Shown: positions 49,439 to 60,110, counted from the stretch's first letter. The stretch: 64,000 nt of DNA from an uncultured Acidobacteriota bacterium (GCA_963770895.1 CAVYRF010000002.1:1280001-1344000), one strand, 5' to 3'. Translations and numbers: made by a program. The notes: generated from the letters alone by a model not told the origin.

Positions 49439-49732
49439 ATGTTCATCATCCCGGTCCTGATGGTTGCCGGTTTCTTCCTGATGCTCAGCCTGCTGCTGGT
49501 TGCGGGGCTGGTGAAAGTCGTCCTGCGGGTGGCGCTGGTGCCCGTCGCCCTGTCGTTGGGCCTGATCAAGATCCTGCTGCTGCCCATCCTGGGCGTGGCG
49601 GCGCTGGCGGTGCTGGTGACGTTGGGGCCCATCGTGCTTGCCGTGCTCGCGGTCCTGGCGCTGCCGCTGCTGGTGCTCGGCATGATCGGCGGCGCCTTGT
49701 GGGGCGGCCTGCGCCTACTCGCGATGATCTAG
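49439..49732 (+). CDS. Small highly hydrophobic membrane protein
   Basis: AGGAGG RBS. Almost entirely hydrophobic. Confidence 0.6.
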   Translation: MFIIPVLMVAGFFLMLSLLLVAGLVKVVLRVALVPVALSLGLIKILLLPILGVAALAVLVTLGPIVLAVLAVLALPLLVLGMIGGALWGGLRLLAMI

Positions 49733-49797
49733 TGCGGGGCACTAGCCAGCGCACAGCCGCGACCAGGCCGCCGCCGGAGTCCGGTCGGGAGACAGGT

Positions 49798-50955
49798 CTA
49801 GCAGGCGGAGGGGGCCGGGATGCGCACCGGCGTGGTGGCAGTCACGCCCGGCAGCGAGGCGGCCAGACCCGGGCCGAGCGCCCGCGCCGGCGTCCAGCTG
49901 CCGGGCTTCACTTGGCCGGCGAGCACCCGCAGGGTGCATTCGACCGCTGCCACGGCGGTCAAGCCGTACGCTTCGGGCGTCTCCATGGTGGCGGTGACCC
50001 GGTCGCCGGCGGCATTGGTCACCTCTCCCCACAGGTAGACGCGCGCGGTGTCGCGCAGCGCCGCCGAGGGGCCGCTGACCCGCCAGCCGATGGCCTTTTG
50101 CAGCAGGCGCTTGCAGGGAGGCAGAGCGAGCAGCGGCAGCAACGGACCCAGGCGGCGGGCGCGCCGCACGGCAGAGGGCGGCGTCGCGGCGTAGACGCGG
50201 ATGTTGGGGATGCCGGTCGTGTGGTAGGCGGTCGCCACGTCTCCCCAGGGGATGGTCATCGCCAGACGCCGGCCGCAGGCAAAGTCGATCTGCCGCACGT
50301 CAAAGGCGAGCGGCACCGGCACGATGCGCCCGGCGCGCCGCACCGCGCCGGCATTGGGAAAGGCCTCGACCATCGTCTTGAGCGTGCCGCCGCTGAAGGT
50401 TCCGCGCTCGGCCGCAAACGCCAGCGTCAGGTCGGTGGCGTCGATCAGGCTGTCGCCCAGGGTCGCTCCCAGGCAGTCGCTGGGCACGACGTCAAACCCG
50501 GTGCCGGGCAGCAGCACCACTCCGGCTTCGCGCGCCGCCGTGCCGCGCGCCATCACCGCTTCGAAAAACGCGATCTCGCCGGTGATGTCCAGGTAGTGGG
50601 CGCGCGCCGCCAGGCACGCGTCGACCATCGGTGGGCCGGTGCGAGCGAAGGGGCCGGCGCAGTGCAGCACCGCGGCGATGCGCGGGGGGCCGGCGAGCGC
50701 GGCGGCGATGGCCGCCGGCTGGTCCAGGTCGAAGGCGCGCCAGGGCAGACCCAGCTGGTGCGCCAGCTGCTCCACGGCTGGCGCCCGCCGGCCGGCGAGC
50801 ACCGGCCGCGCGCCGCGCCGCACCGCCTCGCGCGCCACCAGCTCGCCGGTATAGCCGGTCGCGCCGTAGATCAGCCATTCGCCGGCGGCGCCGGCGTCGG
50901 CGGGGGCGTCCGCATTGCCGGCGGCGCCGGCGGCGGTGGCAGCGGCGTCGGTCAT
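49798..50955 (-). CDS. Saccharopine dehydrogenase-like oxidoreductase
   Basis: IYGATGYTG, HCAGPF, HYLDITGE and GFDVVPSD motifs. Confidence 0.88.
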   Translation of the reverse strand: MTDAAATAAGAAGNADAPADAGAAGEWLIYGATGYTGELVAREAVRRGARPVLAGRRAPAVEQLAHQLGLPWRAFDLDQPAAIAAALAGPPRIAAVLHCAGPFARTGPPMVDACLAARAHYLDITGEIAFFEAVMARGTAAREAGVVLLPGTGFDVVPSDCLGATLGDSLIDATDLTLAFAAERGTFSGGTLKTMVEAFPNAGAVRRAGRIVPVPLAFDVRQIDFACGRRLAMTIPWGDVATAYHTTGIPNIRVYAATPPSAVRRARRLGPLLPLLALPPCKRLLQKAIGWRVSGPSAALRDTARVYLWGEVTNAAGDRVTATMETPEAYGLTAVAAVECTLRVLAGQVKPGSWTPARALGPGLAASLPGVTATTPVRIPAPSAC

Positions 50956-52132
50956 CGGTCGCTCCCGGCAGCCAGGGTTGTCGCCGTGGCGCGGCGCGGC
51001 AGCGAGTCGCGCGCCGCCAGGACGCGCGCCAGCGCCGCTCCGGTATCGGCCTCCATCGCGGTCAGGTGCCCCATCTTGCGGCCGGGGCGCGGCGCGGCCT
51101 TGCCGTACAGGTGGAGCTTGACGGTCGGAAACCCGCAGACCGCGGCCCAGTCGGGTTCGCCGTCGTGCCACAGGTCGCCCAGCAGGTTCGCCATCGCGGC
51201 GGGCCGCAGCAGGTCGGTCGCGCCCAGCGGCAGACCGCAGATGGCGCGCAGCTGCTGCTCGAACTGGCTGGTGACGCAGGCGTCGAACGTGAGGTGACCC
51301 GAGTTGTGCGGCCGCGGCGCCAGCTCGTTGACCAGCAGCCGCCCGGAGCGGGTCACGAACAGCTCGACGCACAGCACCCCCACCACCGCCAGCGCCTCCA
51401 GGATGCCGCGCGCCATCTCGACCGCCTCGCGCTGCAGGGACGGCGAGCCGACCGCGACCGGCGCCGGCGCCAGCGAGACATCCAGGATGTGGCGGCGGTG
51501 CCGGTTTTCGATCAGGCCGAAGCAGGCAAACGCCCCGTCCAGGCCACGCGCCGCCACCACCGAGACCTCCGCCGCAAAATCGACGAACGCCTCCAGCACG
51601 GCTTCGCCGGTCGCCAGCTCGGCCCAGGCCGCCGCCGCCTCCTCGGCCGCGGCGATGCGCACCTGCCCCTTGCCGTCGTAGCCCCAACCCGCCGTCTTGA
51701 GCACTGCCGGCGTTCCCAGGGCATCCAGGGCGGCGGCCAGCTCGGCCGCCGAGCGCACCGCCACGAACGGCGTCACCGGGAACCCGGCCGCCGCCAGGAA
51801 GCCCTTCTCGCGCAGGCGATTTTGCGTCGTATGCAGCACCGCGCCGGCGGGCCGCACCGGCGCCTGCTCGGCGGCCGCATTGGCGGTCGCCGCCGGGACG
51901 TTCTCGAATTCAAAGGTCACCACGTCGACGCCGCGCGCGAACCCGCGCACCGCATCGAGGTCGTCGTAGGCGGCGCGCACCTCGCGGTCCGCAACCTGTC
52001 CGGCGGGGGTGTCGTCCTCGGGCGAAAAGGTGTGCACCCGATACCCCATGCGGCGCGCCGCGATGGCGAACATGCGGCCGAGCTGGCCGCCGCCCAGGAC
52101 GCCCAGCGTGGCGCCGGGAAGGATGGCGCCGT

Positions 52133-52136
<4 letters not shown>
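50952..52136 (-). CDS. purK: N5-CAIR synthetase
   Basis: [37 protein letters not shown] and GRKMGH motifs. Confidence 0.95.
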
Positions 52137-52627
<491 letters not shown>

Positions 52628-52722
52628 GTGGCGGTCGTCTCCCGCGCCCCGGCCCGGCCAGTTTGCGTCAGCCGGCGAGTTTGCCAGACACTAGCATAGC
52701 GGCAGCATGGCGATCACTGCGC

Positions 52723-54678
52723 TCACCGTGGCCGGATCGGATCTTTGCGACATTCCGTGCCGCGCAACGCATACAGCTGCGCGCCGCCATCCGCATAGAC
52801 CGCACGAAAGCGGTCGCGAAAGGCCGCGCCGTGGACCGGCGGCGGCTGAGGATCGGCGGCCGTCACCAAAAAGTGATCGACACCCAGAGCGCGCAGGCGC
52901 TGGTAGAGCACGCCCGCGTCGCCGTCGACGGGAACGACGCGGCCGTACGACGCGGGCCCGCTCCAGTCACCCAGGAACCGCCCGGCGGCAAAATACAGCA
53001 TGTTTTCGGCGTGCAGGGCATACAAGGTGTACGAGCTGCCGCAAACGCCGTTCAGGTAGCGAATCGCCGGATAGACCGCGAACGAGCGCGCCAGAAAGGT
53101 TTCTCGGCCTGCCCGCGTCAGCGGCAGCGGCCCGGCGACATGCAAGCGGTACCCTGCATACAACCAACCCGGCAGATAGCACGTCAGCGCCAGCAGCGCC
53201 GCCGCCGGCGCCAGCCACCCCCCCTGGCGCCGCCGCCAGCGTCCCCACGCGGCCAGCATCCGGATCACCCCCTCCCCCATCGCCAGGCTGACCAGCGGCA
53301 GCGCCAGCAGCAGGTAGCGCGCGTCCGGAAGAAACACGAACACCACCAACCCATACCCTGCCGCGGTCAACAGCAAGGCCCGCACCCGAGCGTCGGCGAC
53401 GAACGCCGCCGGCAGCACCGGCAGGGCGATCAAGAACACCGGCGAGTAGGGCGGGTAGCCGCCCAGGCGCTGGCGGGCCAGAACCGCGTCCCAGGGAGCG
53501 CGCAGCAGGCCGAGCGCCAGGCTGCCCAGCCGCGGCACCGCCCCCGCCAGGGAGTGGAACTCGCGCGCCACCCACGGCGACTCGCCAAAGACCTCCGGCA
53601 GAAACGGAAACACGGGATTGCCGGTGGCCACCACGATGCGGCCGTACCAGGGCGCGACCACCAGGCCGCCGACCAGGGCGACGCGCGCCAATCGCCGCCA
53701 GTGCCGCCAATCCCGCCAGATCCGCCAGCGCGACCCGCTTTCGCCTGGCGGCCGCAGCACCGCCGCCGCCAGGCCCACCAGGGCCAGCGAGAACAAACCC
53801 AGGTACTTGCTGTCCGCCGCCGCGCCGCCAAACACCGCCGCCAGCGTCAGCCAACCCTCGCCGTCCCCGTCGCGCCAGCGCGCCACCGCAAACAGCGCCG
53901 CCGTCGAGCACAGCACCAGCCCCGGCTCGATATACGAAGTGGTCGCCAGGTACACCACCAGCGGGCACCCCGCATACGCCGCCGCCGCGACCCACGACGC
54001 CTCGCGCGAGAACCGCCGCCCCCACGCCACCACCAGCGCCACCGTCAACGCCGTCGCCCCCAACGCCACCGCCTGCGTCGCCACGTCGTCGGCAAACGCC
54101 ATCAGCAGGGCAAACAACACCTCCTGCAGCTGCGGAAAGATCGGATAGCGCAACCCCGGCAGAAAAGGCAGCGAGCCGGTAGCCACAAACGCCCGCGCAT
54201 ACGGCAGATGGTAGGACGTGGCGTCAAACGCGGTCGGCGGATACAGCGTCAGCAGCAACAGCGGCGCGACCGCCACCCCCACCGCAAACGGCACCCACCG
54301 CCCCCACCGCTCCCGCCCCATGCGCGCCGCGGCCGCGCGCCAGTCCGCCGCCAGCCGCCGCCACCCCGCCAGGCTCGCCGCGTTGAGCGCCACCACCGCC
54401 CCCACGATCGGCCCCGGCCGCAGCCACCCCGCCAGCCCCAGCAGCAGCCCCGCGTACCCGACCGCCACCAGCCCCAGCGCCGCCGCCACCGAAACCGTTT
54501 CCAACCCCCCCGCCAGCCGCACCTCCCACTCCCCGCCAGCTCCCTCAGCAGCCGGCCGCCGCGCCACCGGCACCGCCAGCAGCGCCCGCCCCACCGCCAA
54601 AGCCGTCGCCCCCAGCACCCCGGCCGCCCCCAGGTTGCGCACCACAAACCAACACCCCGCCACGCCGGCGCTCAACAT
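52723..54678 (-). CDS. Multi-TM glycosyltransferase (GT39-like)
   Basis: PPTAFDATSYHLP, SYIE, KYLG, PWY.R....TGNPVFPF. Confidence 0.7.
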   Translation of the reverse strand: MLSAGVAGCWFVVRNLGAAGVLGATALAVGRALLAVPVARRPAAEGAGGEWEVRLAGGLETVSVAAALGLVAVGYAGLLLGLAGWLRPGPIVGAVVALNAASLAGWRRLAADWRAAAARMGRERWGRWVPFAVGVAVAPLLLLTLYPPTAFDATSYHLPYARAFVATGSLPFLPGLRYPIFPQLQEVLFALLMAFADDVATQAVALGATALTVALVVAWGRRFSREASWVAAAAYAGCPLVVYLATTSYIEPGLVLCSTAALFAVARWRDGDGEGWLTLAAVFGGAAADSKYLGLFSLALVGLAAAVLRPPGESGSRWRIWRDWRHWRRLARVALVGGLVVAPWYGRIVVATGNPVFPFLPEVFGESPWVAREFHSLAGAVPRLGSLALGLLRAPWDAVLARQRLGGYPPYSPVFLIALPVLPAAFVADARVRALLLTAAGYGLVVFVFLPDARYLLLALPLVSLAMGEGVIRMLAAWGRWRRRQGGWLAPAAALLALTCYLPGWLYAGYRLHVAGPLPLTRAGRETFLARSFAVYPAIRYLNGVCGSSYTLYALHAENMLYFAAGRFLGDWSGPASYGRVVPVDGDAGVLYQRLRALGVDHFLVTAADPQPPPVHGAAFRDRFRAVYADGGAQLYALRGTECRKDPIRPR

Positions 54679-54738
54679 CGTCCGCTAGGGATTCCTGCTA
54701 GTAGCACGGGGCGGATCGAGGACCTTGAGGAGGAGGCC

Positions 54739-55116
54739 CTACCAACCTACCCGGAGGAGACCTGGAACCGAGTCGAAGTGGTCGTCACGGCTGACCACAG
54801 GGTGCCGATGTTGCAGCGCCAGTGCAGCAATCCAGACATCGTTTTCCGGGATCGGCCGGCCGCTTGCGCGGAGGTCCTCTCGTACCTGGGAATAGATTTC
54901 AGCCGTGACCAGGTCGACAACCAGAACGCTGCTCTCCTGGATGAGCGTCGCCAGCAGAACGCCCAACCGCTCGCGGTGGCGCGACCGCAGCAGCCCGAAC
55001 CGGTACTCGCCGATCACGATCACCGGCAGGTGGTGCCGCGAACGCGCGGCAAGAACGTCTGCCAGCGCCGGGTCGCCGGCGAACAAAGACGAAACCGCAT
55101 TGGTGTCCAGGATCAC
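54739..55116 (-). CDS. vapC: VapC PIN-domain toxin
   Basis: ILDTNAVS, VIGEY, GRPIPENDVWIAA and SRDDHF motifs. Confidence 0.9.
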   Translation of the reverse strand: MILDTNAVSSLFAGDPALADVLAARSRHHLPVIVIGEYRFGLLRSRHRERLGVLLATLIQESSVLVVDLVTAEIYSQVREDLRASGRPIPENDVWIAALALQHRHPVVSRDDHFDSVPGLLRVGW

Positions 55117-55364
55117 CGCCACGCATCCGGGTCGACACGTTCCAGCTCCTCGGCAACGATCCGTTCGACCTCCTCCACCTCTTCTGGCCGAGCCATGCCA
55201 AAGACGCTGCGCCACCCAAGCTCCTTGGGCTTTTGGGCTTCCTGACTCTCCACATGCGCCCAAAGTGCCGCCGTCACAAAGTCTTTGAGGCTTTCAGCCC
55301 GCAGAGCCGCGGCAGCCTTGGCTTGGCGGAACAGGGCATCCGGGATTTCGATCGTCGTCTTCAC
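55113..55364 (-). CDS. VapB-like antitoxin (RHH)
   Basis: KTTIEIPDALFRQAKAAAA...SLKDFVTAAL. Operator palindrome CCCATA-TT-TATGGG at 55377-55390. Confidence 0.8.
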   Translation of the reverse strand: MKTTIEIPDALFRQAKAAAALRAESLKDFVTAALWAHVESQEAQKPKELGWRSVFGMARPEEVEEVERIVAEELERVDPDAWR

Positions 55365-55411
55365 CAGGCCAACTTTCCCATATTTATGGGCGACAATCCA
55401 GCTATCGGGAG

Positions 55412-55528
55412 GTAGCGTCAAGGATGTGCCGCAGGTACAGTTCGTCGCGGCTCACAGCGGCATAGCTTCAGCCAGGACACGCTCTCGTATGTACGGGGAG
55501 AGGGCTGGCTCGGTCACCACATCGACGC
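55412..55528 (-). pseudogene. Remnant junction of a second MNT-HEPN module
   Basis: Minus strand encodes VDVVTEPALSPYIRERVLAEAMPL* overlapping (GTGA) with VSRDELYLRHILDA. Confidence 0.75.
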
Positions 55529-55819
55529 GGGAAGATCATCTTGAGTGACCTGCCAGACGGCCTCGATGTCCACGCCCATGTAGTTGTGGATAAGGACGTC
55601 CCGCATTCCAGCGATACGACGCCAGGGAATGGAGGGGCAGCGCGCAGTTGCCTCGGGGGAAAGTCTCTTCACCGCTTCGCCGATGATCTCGAGCTGGCGG
55701 ATCACCGCATCTTGCCAGTGGGACACGATGATGAATTCGTCGTGACCCACCGCGATGTAGCGCTCGACCTTCATTATGGCGTCGAGCATGTGCTGCAGAT
55801 ATAGCTGGTCTCGGTTCAC
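55514..55819 (-). CDS. HEPN/DUF86 RNase toxin, C-terminal helix truncated
   Basis: AVIRQLEIIGEA, WRRIAGMRDVLIHNY (RxxxxH). Ends QDDLP+ASMW at the remnant junction. Confidence 0.8.
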   Translation of the reverse strand: MNRDQLYLQHMLDAIMKVERYIAVGHDEFIIVSHWQDAVIRQLEIIGEAVKRLSPEATARCPSIPWRRIAGMRDVLIHNYMGVDIEAVWQVTQDDLPASMW

Positions 55820-56109
55820 AGCGGAACAGCTTCGGAAAGGACCCGCTCCCGGAGATACGGAGACAGCGCTCGCTCCGACACGACGTCTACCGGGTGATGC
55901 ACAAGATCCTCCAAGTCCTGCTTTAGCCCTACGAGATCGAGGAGCGAGCGCCCTTCTCCGAGGGTGACCAGCAAATCGAGGTCGCTTTCCTCGGTGCCTT
56001 CACCTCGGGCCAAAGAACCAAAGATACGGACGTTCTTCGCGCCGTGGCGTTTCGCCAAGTTGAGAATATCGGCGCGGTGCTGCTGCAAGCCCTCGACGGT
56101 CATGGACAC
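55816..56109 (-). CDS. Minimal nucleotidyltransferase (MNT) antitoxin
   Basis: FGSLARGE...SDLDLLV and VDVV motifs. Confidence 0.88.
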   Translation of the reverse strand: MSMTVEGLQQHRADILNLAKRHGAKNVRIFGSLARGEGTEESDLDLLVTLGEGRSLLDLVGLKQDLEDLVHHPVDVVSERALSPYLRERVLSEAVPL

Positions 56110-56219
56110 CCAGTTTAGCAGCAGGCCCTAACGCTCCTCCTCCTCATTGGAAGCAGAAGTGTCACCCAAAGGTGTCACCCGCGGCCGGCTTCATCATGGA
56201 ACTGCTGAAAGAAAAGAAG

Positions 56220-57896
56220 TTAGAGGCGGGGAATCTGGATTGGCTGGGAGGCAGGGACTCGAACCCCGATTCTGCGGTCCAGAGCCGCATGTCCTACCAT
56301 TGAACGACCTCCCAGGACAGCGACGAAGCGTAGCCGAACGACGGGAAGGCGGTCAACCCTCGGGCGGGCTCGGGGCGATGGGGGGACAGCTGGGGCGTTG
56401 ACGTCTCCAGGGCTGGCGGTGGCGCCGGCCGGCTGGGCGGGCGCGGCGGCGGCGGCCGGCGCGGCGCGCAGGAGCTGGACCAGGTGGTCGAGGTGGCGGA
56501 CGGTGGCGTCGCGGCCCATGACTTCGATGAGATCGAAGAGGGGGGGGCCGGCGTTGGTGCCGGAGAGGGCGGTGCGGGTGGGGTGGATGAGGGCGCCGGC
56601 CTTGATCTTGCGCTCGGTGGCCACGGCCCGCAGCTCGGTTTCCAGGGCGTCCTTGGCGAAGGGGTCGAGGCGGCCGTAGCGGTCGCGCAGGGCGGCCAGG
56701 TGGTCGGCCAGGTGCGGGTCGGCGGCGAACTTGGCGACGGTTGAGGCGTCCTGGTCGATGCGGTCGCTGAAGTAGGGCGCGATCACGGCGACCAGCTCCT
56801 TGAGGGAGCGGACGCGGACGCGGTGCAGGTCGATCGCGGCGTGGAGGCGGGCGGGGTCGGCCGTGTCCAGGCCGGCCTGGGCCAGGAAGGGCGCCAGGTG
56901 CGGCATCAGGTCGGCCAGCGGCAGGCTCGACATGTACTGCGCATTGACCCAGGCCAGCTTCTCCTGGTCGAAGACCGCGGCCGAGGCGTTCAGGCGGTCG
57001 ACCGAGAAGAGCGCGACCATTTCGGCGCGGGACAGGATCTCGCGGTCGCCGCCGGGATTCCAGCCGAGCAGCGCCAGGTAGTTGTACAGCGCCTGCGGCA
57101 GGATGCCCTCGGCGCGGAACTCCTCCACCGAGCTGGCGCCGAAGCGTTTGGACAGCCGCTTCTTGTCGCTGCCCAGGATCAGGGGCAGATGGCCGAAGAC
57201 CGGCACCTGGCCACCCATCGCCAGGAACAGCGGGATGTGCTTGGGGGTGTTGGACAGGTGGTCCTCGCCGCGCACCACGTGGGTGATCCCCATGTCGATG
57301 TCATCGCAGACGACGGACATGTGATAGGTCGGCGAGCCGTCCGAGCGCAGCAGGATGAAGTCGTCCAGGGCGTCCGGCGGGAACTCCATGTCGCCGCGCA
57401 CCAGGTCGTGGAAGCGAATGTTGTCATCCGGCATGCGGAAGCGCACCACGAACGGCTCGCCCGCGGCGGCCCGCTCGGCGGCCTGCTCCGCCGGGATGCC
57501 CAGACAGGTGCGCGGGTAGCGAAACGCGACGCCGTGCCGCTGCGCTTCGGCGCGCCCGGCCTCCAGGACCTGGGCGCTGCAAAAGCAGCGGTAGGCGCTG
57601 CCCGCCGCCAGCAGCTGCTCGCCCCGCTCGCGATGGCGCGCCAGCCGCTCGCTCTGCAGGAACGGCCCTTCGTCCCAGACCGTGCCGATCCACGCCAGCG
57701 CCGACTGGATCTGGCGCGTCATGGCGTCGTCCGAGCGCTCGCGGTCGGTATCTTCGATGCGCAGCACGAACGCCCCGCCCAGGCTCTGCCGCAGCAGGTC
57801 GTTGTAGATCGCCGTACGCGCCCCACCGACGTGCAGGAATCCGGTGGGAGAGGGGGCAAAGCGGACCCGCACAGGGCCTTGGATCATTTCGCTCAT
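56220..57896 (-). CDS. gltX: Glutamyl-tRNA synthetase (3' end doubtful, reads through tRNA-Gln)
   Basis: RFAPSPTGFLHVGG, RIEDTD, RGEDHLSNT and RLSKR motifs. Confidence 0.93.
   Translation of the reverse strand: MSEMIQGPVRVRFAPSPTGFLHVGGARTAIYNDLLRQSLGGAFVLRIEDTDRERSDDAMTRQIQSALAWIGTVWDEGPFLQSERLARHRERGEQLLAAGSAYRCFCSAQVLEAGRAEAQRHGVAFRYPRTCLGIPAEQAAERAAAGEPFVVRFRMPDDNIRFHDLVRGDMEFPPDALDDFILLRSDGSPTYHMSVVCDDIDMGITHVVRGEDHLSNTPKHIPLFLAMGGQVPVFGHLPLILGSDKKRLSKRFGASSVEEFRAEGILPQALYNYLALLGWNPGGDREILSRAEMVALFSVDRLNASAAVFDQEKLAWVNAQYMSSLPLADLMPHLAPFLAQAGLDTADPARLHAAIDLHRVRVRSLKELVAVIAPYFSDRIDQDASTVAKFAADPHLADHLAALRDRYGRLDPFAKDALETELRAVATERKIKAGALIHPTRTALSGTNAGPPLFDLIEVMGRDATVRHLDHLVQLLRAAPAAAAAPAQPAGATASPGDVNAPAVPPSPRARPRVDRLPVVRLRFVAVLGGRSMVGHAALDRRIGVRVPASQPIQIPRL
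56241..56314 (-). tRNA. tRNA-Gln (CTG)
   Basis: TGGGAGG...TGCGG-CTCTGGA-CCGCA...GGTTCGAGTCC...CCTCCCAGCCA. Confidence 0.95.
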
Positions 57897-58094
57897 CGTT
57901 CTTTCGCCGGGACGCCGGCAGGGAGCGTTGCCAGGTTAAGCAATGCGGCTTTTGCGTCCGGCGCCACCTCTTGTGCCACCCGGACGGGCCAATGATAGGA
58001 GACTTGCTCCGCCCCGGATAGTGCCTTCGTTCTTGCAGAGACAGCTGGATGATTCTACAATTGTTGGTGGATTCTTCCTTGAAGGAGCCACCCC

Positions 58095-58349
58095 ATGGCC
58101 TTGAACATCAAGAACCCCGAAGTGGAGCTGCTGGCCCGCCAGGTGGCATCGCAGGCGGACGAAAGCCTGACCGAAGCCGTGCGGCACGCCCTGGAAGAGC
58201 GGCTGGAACGACTCAAGGGCAGGCGGTCGGCACCCGACCTGCTGGAAGAGCTGATGGGAATCAGCAGGCGCTGCAGCGACCTGCCCGACCGGGACTCCCG
58301 CGACCCCGACGACATCCTGGGCTACGACGCGGTGGGGGCCTTCCTCTGA
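58095..58349 (+). CDS. VapB antitoxin (Rv0623-like)
   Basis: MALNIKNPEVELLA...ESLTEAVRHAL...DDILGYD. Confidence 0.85.
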   Translation: MALNIKNPEVELLARQVASQADESLTEAVRHALEERLERLKGRRSAPDLLEELMGISRRCSDLPDRDSRDPDDILGYDAVGAFL

Positions 58350-58735
58350 TGGTGATCGACGCCTCCGCCCTGCTGGCGATTCTGCTCGGCGAGCCGGAAG
58401 CGAAGGCTCTGGCCGAAGCCATCGCCGGCGATCCCAAACGGCTGGTCGGAGCCGTATCCGCCCTGGAAGCAGCCATCGTCATTCACGCCCGCAAAGGCGC
58501 CGCGGGAGTCCGTGAGCTGGATCTCCTGATGCACACCGCGCGGGTCACGGTGGTCAGCCTGGACGCCGACCAGGTGCTGCTTGCCCGCTCAGCCTACGAA
58601 AAGTTCGGCAGGGGCCATCACCCGGCAGCCCTCAACTTGGGAGATTGCTGCAGCTACGCCCTGGCCCGCGCCTCTGGCGAGCGGCTGCTCTTCAAAGGCA
58701 ATGACTTCGCGCAAACCGACCTGTCCAGCCAGTGA
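58349..58735 (+). CDS. vapC: VapC PIN-domain toxin
   Basis: MVIDASALLAIL, HPAALNLGDCCSYALA and LLFKGNDF motifs. Confidence 0.9.
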   Translation: MVIDASALLAILLGEPEAKALAEAIAGDPKRLVGAVSALEAAIVIHARKGAAGVRELDLLMHTARVTVVSLDADQVLLARSAYEKFGRGHHPAALNLGDCCSYALARASGERLLFKGNDFAQTDLSSQ

Positions 58736-58801
58736 CAGCCGCCGGCAGGCGCGACCAGACAGCGGATCGCAAGTCTCGACTTAAAAGTTGAGGCGGGAAG
58801 A

Positions 58802-58822
58802 TGGCGGAGAGGGAGGGATTCG
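58802..58822 (-). other. tRNA 3'-end fragment (probably tRNA-Ser) = att site of an integrated element
   Basis: Minus strand CGAATCCCTCCCTCTCCGCCA with no rest of the tRNA. Followed inward by short direct repeats (TTGTGTC x2, GCCGGCTTTT x2). Confidence 0.75.
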
Positions 58823-59044
58823 CCGGAGGGGCCGGCCCAAAGGCTCTACGGGGAGAATGAATTAGGAGCTAACCAACGTTGACACAGTAACTTAGCTCTC
58901 TTCCTCCCTTGCCGTTCTCCTTCGTCTCTTAGCCGGCTTTTGCCGGCTTTTTCGTCCCTTGTGTCTTCGATTGTGTCGCTGGCGCTCCCAAGGGGATTCG
59001 CCGCCCGTCATTAGGGCGGGCTCTCTCCGCCCTCTGCCGCTGTC

Positions 59045-59236
59045 CTAATCCGCCAGGTTGAAGTACCGGCGGATGGCTTCACGGATTAAAGACGCCTCGC
59101 TCGCCCGCCTTTGGTAGGCCGCCTCCCGAAGGGCGGCTTCCTCATCGTCGTGGAGCCAGACGGTCTTTTTCACCTGGCCAGGCTTCCTGGTCGTCTCGCC
59201 GCCGCGCGGCCCGATGCGGTCTTTCTCTTCGGTCAT
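59045..59236 (-). CDS. CopG/RHH DNA-binding protein
   Basis: KKTVWLHDDEEAALREAA...SEASLIREAIRRY. Confidence 0.75.
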   Translation of the reverse strand: MTEEKDRIGPRGGETTRKPGQVKKTVWLHDDEEAALREAAYQRRASEASLIREAIRRYFNLAD

Positions 59237-59367
59237 GTCCGGAGGATAGGGCGCGCCGGATTCCTGAAAGCCAGATTGCGTATTGCGGATTCCGTAAGTA
59301 TGGTAATCTCGCTCCTCGCAGCCTTTCCGCTAATCCGTGCCTTACCCCTTGCGAGAGGAGGAGAACC

Positions 59368-60068
59368 ATGCGTTTCGGAGCCCTGTTCTTAGCCCTTACC
59401 CTCATCCTCGCCGTCTCGGCAAATGCCGAACATCTGCCCGCGCAGCCTTGCCGGCATGACGCACGTCCGCACGCCTCCCTACTACCCGCAGTCCAACGGC
59501 AAGATCGAGCGCTGGCACAAGACGCTCAAGACCGATGCTCTGCGGCCCGCGGCCCCCGCTGGCCTCGATCCCGCTCGTGCCACTGTTGCTGACTTCGTCC
59601 ACCACTACAACCACGTCCGGCTTCACAGCGCCATCGGCTACGTCACCCCGGACGCCTTCATGCTCGGGTTGGCGCCGTCCATCTGGGTCGAACGCGATCG
59701 CAAACTCGAGGCCGCGCGGCAAACACGCCGAGAACACCGCGAGGCTGCAAGGACGCACGCCGCTTGACCCCACCACCTCGAACGCTCATGCCTCTGTTAC
59801 GATCGAAACCAGTCGTCCCGTTCACGGTGAACCAGTACAAGTCAAGTTCACCTTCTTCGATCCCTCGAATATCGAGATGATCTTGAAAATCCTCAATGCC
59901 TGCTCGCCACCCTTCAACCACTGGTGGGTCTTCGCTGGGGGCCTTACAAACGTCGGGGTCTCCATTACCGTAACCGACACCGTTGGCCTTTCGGTGAAGA
60001 CCTACAAGAGCACCAAGGGCGCCCTCTTCCAGACTTTCGCCGATACGGCGGCCTTCGATTGTCCGTGA
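59368..60068 (+). pseudogene. Secreted Cys-Pro-domain gene disrupted by an IS fragment
   Basis: AGGAGGAG RBS and signal peptide MRFGALFLALTLILAVSANA at 59368. C-terminal FFDPSNIEMILKILNAC...WWVFAGGLTNV...DTAAFDCP at 59840-60068. Confidence 0.7.
59444..59839 (+). mobile_element. 3' fragment of an IS3/IS481-type element
   Basis: Integrase-core tail PYYPQSNGKIERWHKTLK...YNHVRLHSAIGYVTP. End GGTGAACCAGTACA (terminal CA). Confidence 0.75.
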
Positions 60069-60081
60069 TGTGCAGGAGGAC

Positions 60082-60110
60082 AGAGCCGGCCTTCGGGCCG
60101 GCTCTCTTCT
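60082..60110 (+). terminator. Hairpin terminator between convergent genes
   Basis: AGAGCCGGCC-TTCG-GGCCGGCTCT followed by CTTCTT. Confidence 0.7.

Noticed and set aside
56124-56133. GTTAGGG upstream of MNT as an integron attC core
   Set aside because: Does not fit GTTRRRY. No partner inverse core, attC hairpin or integron integrase.
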